A program made the translations under genes and the position numbers. From Lytechinus pictus (Eukaryota): DNA of 64,000 nucleotides. Under the pieces are notes generated by a model that saw only the letters and a list, made by a program, of their open reading frames with translations, did no database searches and had not been told where the DNA came from. Positions 62,824-64,000 of the stretch are shown here, in pieces. Every line of letters starts with the position of its first letter. Position 1 is the first letter of the stretch. The stretch lies in the NCBI RefSeq assembly GCF_037042905.1, contig NC_087251.1, positions 35,218,001-35,282,000 on the forward strand, in the 5' to 3' direction.

Positions 62824-63505
62824 CAGCTGTGGACACATCTCGTCGCACTTGCACGTGCCTGCAGTCTACGTGCAAAAACATGGGCGAAAATCGGGAAATT
62901 CGTACGTCACGTACGTGGTGAGTACCGACTCGGTAAGGATTTTGGAGTGCGCAGACTCACGACGCAGAACTTTTAGTGCATAGGGAACTTTTGCTGAGTG
63001 CGGGCTACGTTCGAGCTACGGATTTGCCCCACGTGCGCGCACGCACGCCCTCGGTACTGCCAAAGCACGCTTCCATCTGAAGAGGAGCCAAAAGGCCCCA
63101 ATATTGCACCACAAGAAGGAATAGTTAGCATCCACGATGGCCATGAGCACCACAGAGCAGAATCGCTTATAAGTATTTTTTAATAGAGCGATCAACTGTT
63201 CTTGGGCTTCTTGATTGCGATATGCTTTCCGTCAATCGCCTCATAATAGTGGTTAAAATTCCATCTACATATAGTTCCGAACTGATCGGCAACTGCCTTC
63301 CACTCGTCCTGTGTGGAGGGCATGGTGAGCTTCTTATATTCCTTGTATAGGGCGGTGCAAACTTCCGGTACGAACATGGATATACTGTTGTGTGCCACCC
63401 GGAAGTCATACGCAAGGGATCTGTAACTGTTTCCCGTTGCCAAAAAGCGAAGGGTGATGGCGAGCTTCAGGCCAGGCTCCAAGGCGCGGCGACTCCTGAA
63501 ACATT
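62824..63505 (-). pseudogene. Harbinger (HARBI1-like DDE) transposase relic with one terminus, inserted in the shared CWG MITE of gene B intron 7
   Basis: Reads LAITLRFLATGNSYRSLAYDFRV...FxxxWNF...AIDGKHI, then frameshifted VLMAIVDANY.F...GSSSDG; has stops and frameshifts. Terminus cagctgtggacaca follows TTA, where gene A continues uninterrupted. Confidence 0.88.
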
Positions 63506-64000
63506 CTAAGTATCCACACCATCGATATATAGTCAATATGTGTAATCAATCATAAAGACAATTCCTTCATTGTGTTGAAGGAAAGGCAATCTCCCCTCCC
63601 CATATGGAGAATATAAGTTTTAATTGACATTATAATTGAAGTAGGTAGTTTTGCCAATATACCTTTTATTGATTAACCTTTTTAAAAGTACATGGAACAA
63701 AAAAGGAATTAGCAGTAGCGAATGAAATAATGGTTTATAACACGTCAAGCATATTTGCCATCCAAATTATCAATGTTTATAAAGGTAGCTTTAGGCTATG
63801 GTTAAGTTGTGCAGATTTTTTTACTTTTGTCATGGAAATATGATGGAATTCCTATATGGCTGACCGATCCAGTTGTATTAACATGTGGCTAGACTATTGA
63901 GACTAAGACAAAGAATAAATTTTATTCCTTGTAGCACCATTCAAAAGGTTGCATAATAAGCCATATCTAAGGAATAGATAATGTACATATGTAGATAAAT

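Overview
AT-rich, intron-rich animal DNA. The repeat landscape looks echinoderm/sea-urchin-like, but that is inference only. The window holds a tandem pair of + strand SLC13 (Na+/di-tricarboxylate cotransporter, NaCT/NaDC/Indy family) genes. Gene A is complete: 14 coding exons assembled by hand, 9288-35845, about 661 aa, all splice phases consistent, one GC-AG intron. Gene B starts at 42710 and runs off the window after its 7th exon (62312-62434). Nearly everything else is transposon debris: decayed L2/CR1-clade LINEs, tRNA-derived SINEs, and non-autonomous hAT-, PIF/Harbinger-, Tc1-, piggyBac-, Kolobok- and Academ-like elements, often nested, plus a Harbinger transposase relic. The two paralogs are alignable from exon 3 to exon 7, so they serve as each other's empty-site controls and reveal exact insertion boundaries. 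I see no convincing new multi-gene system. The best leads are: (i) mosaic, conversion-like divergence between the paralogs; (ii) a Ser->Ala change in the second SNT/SNV substrate motif; (iii) a 6.4-kb CAG-TSD element carrying two outward-facing promoter-like modules, whose site is a 13-bp deletion in the other paralog; (iv) an orphan exon carried in an insertion nested in an L2 element. Transposon superfamily calls rest on termini and TSDs read by eye, not on database searches.
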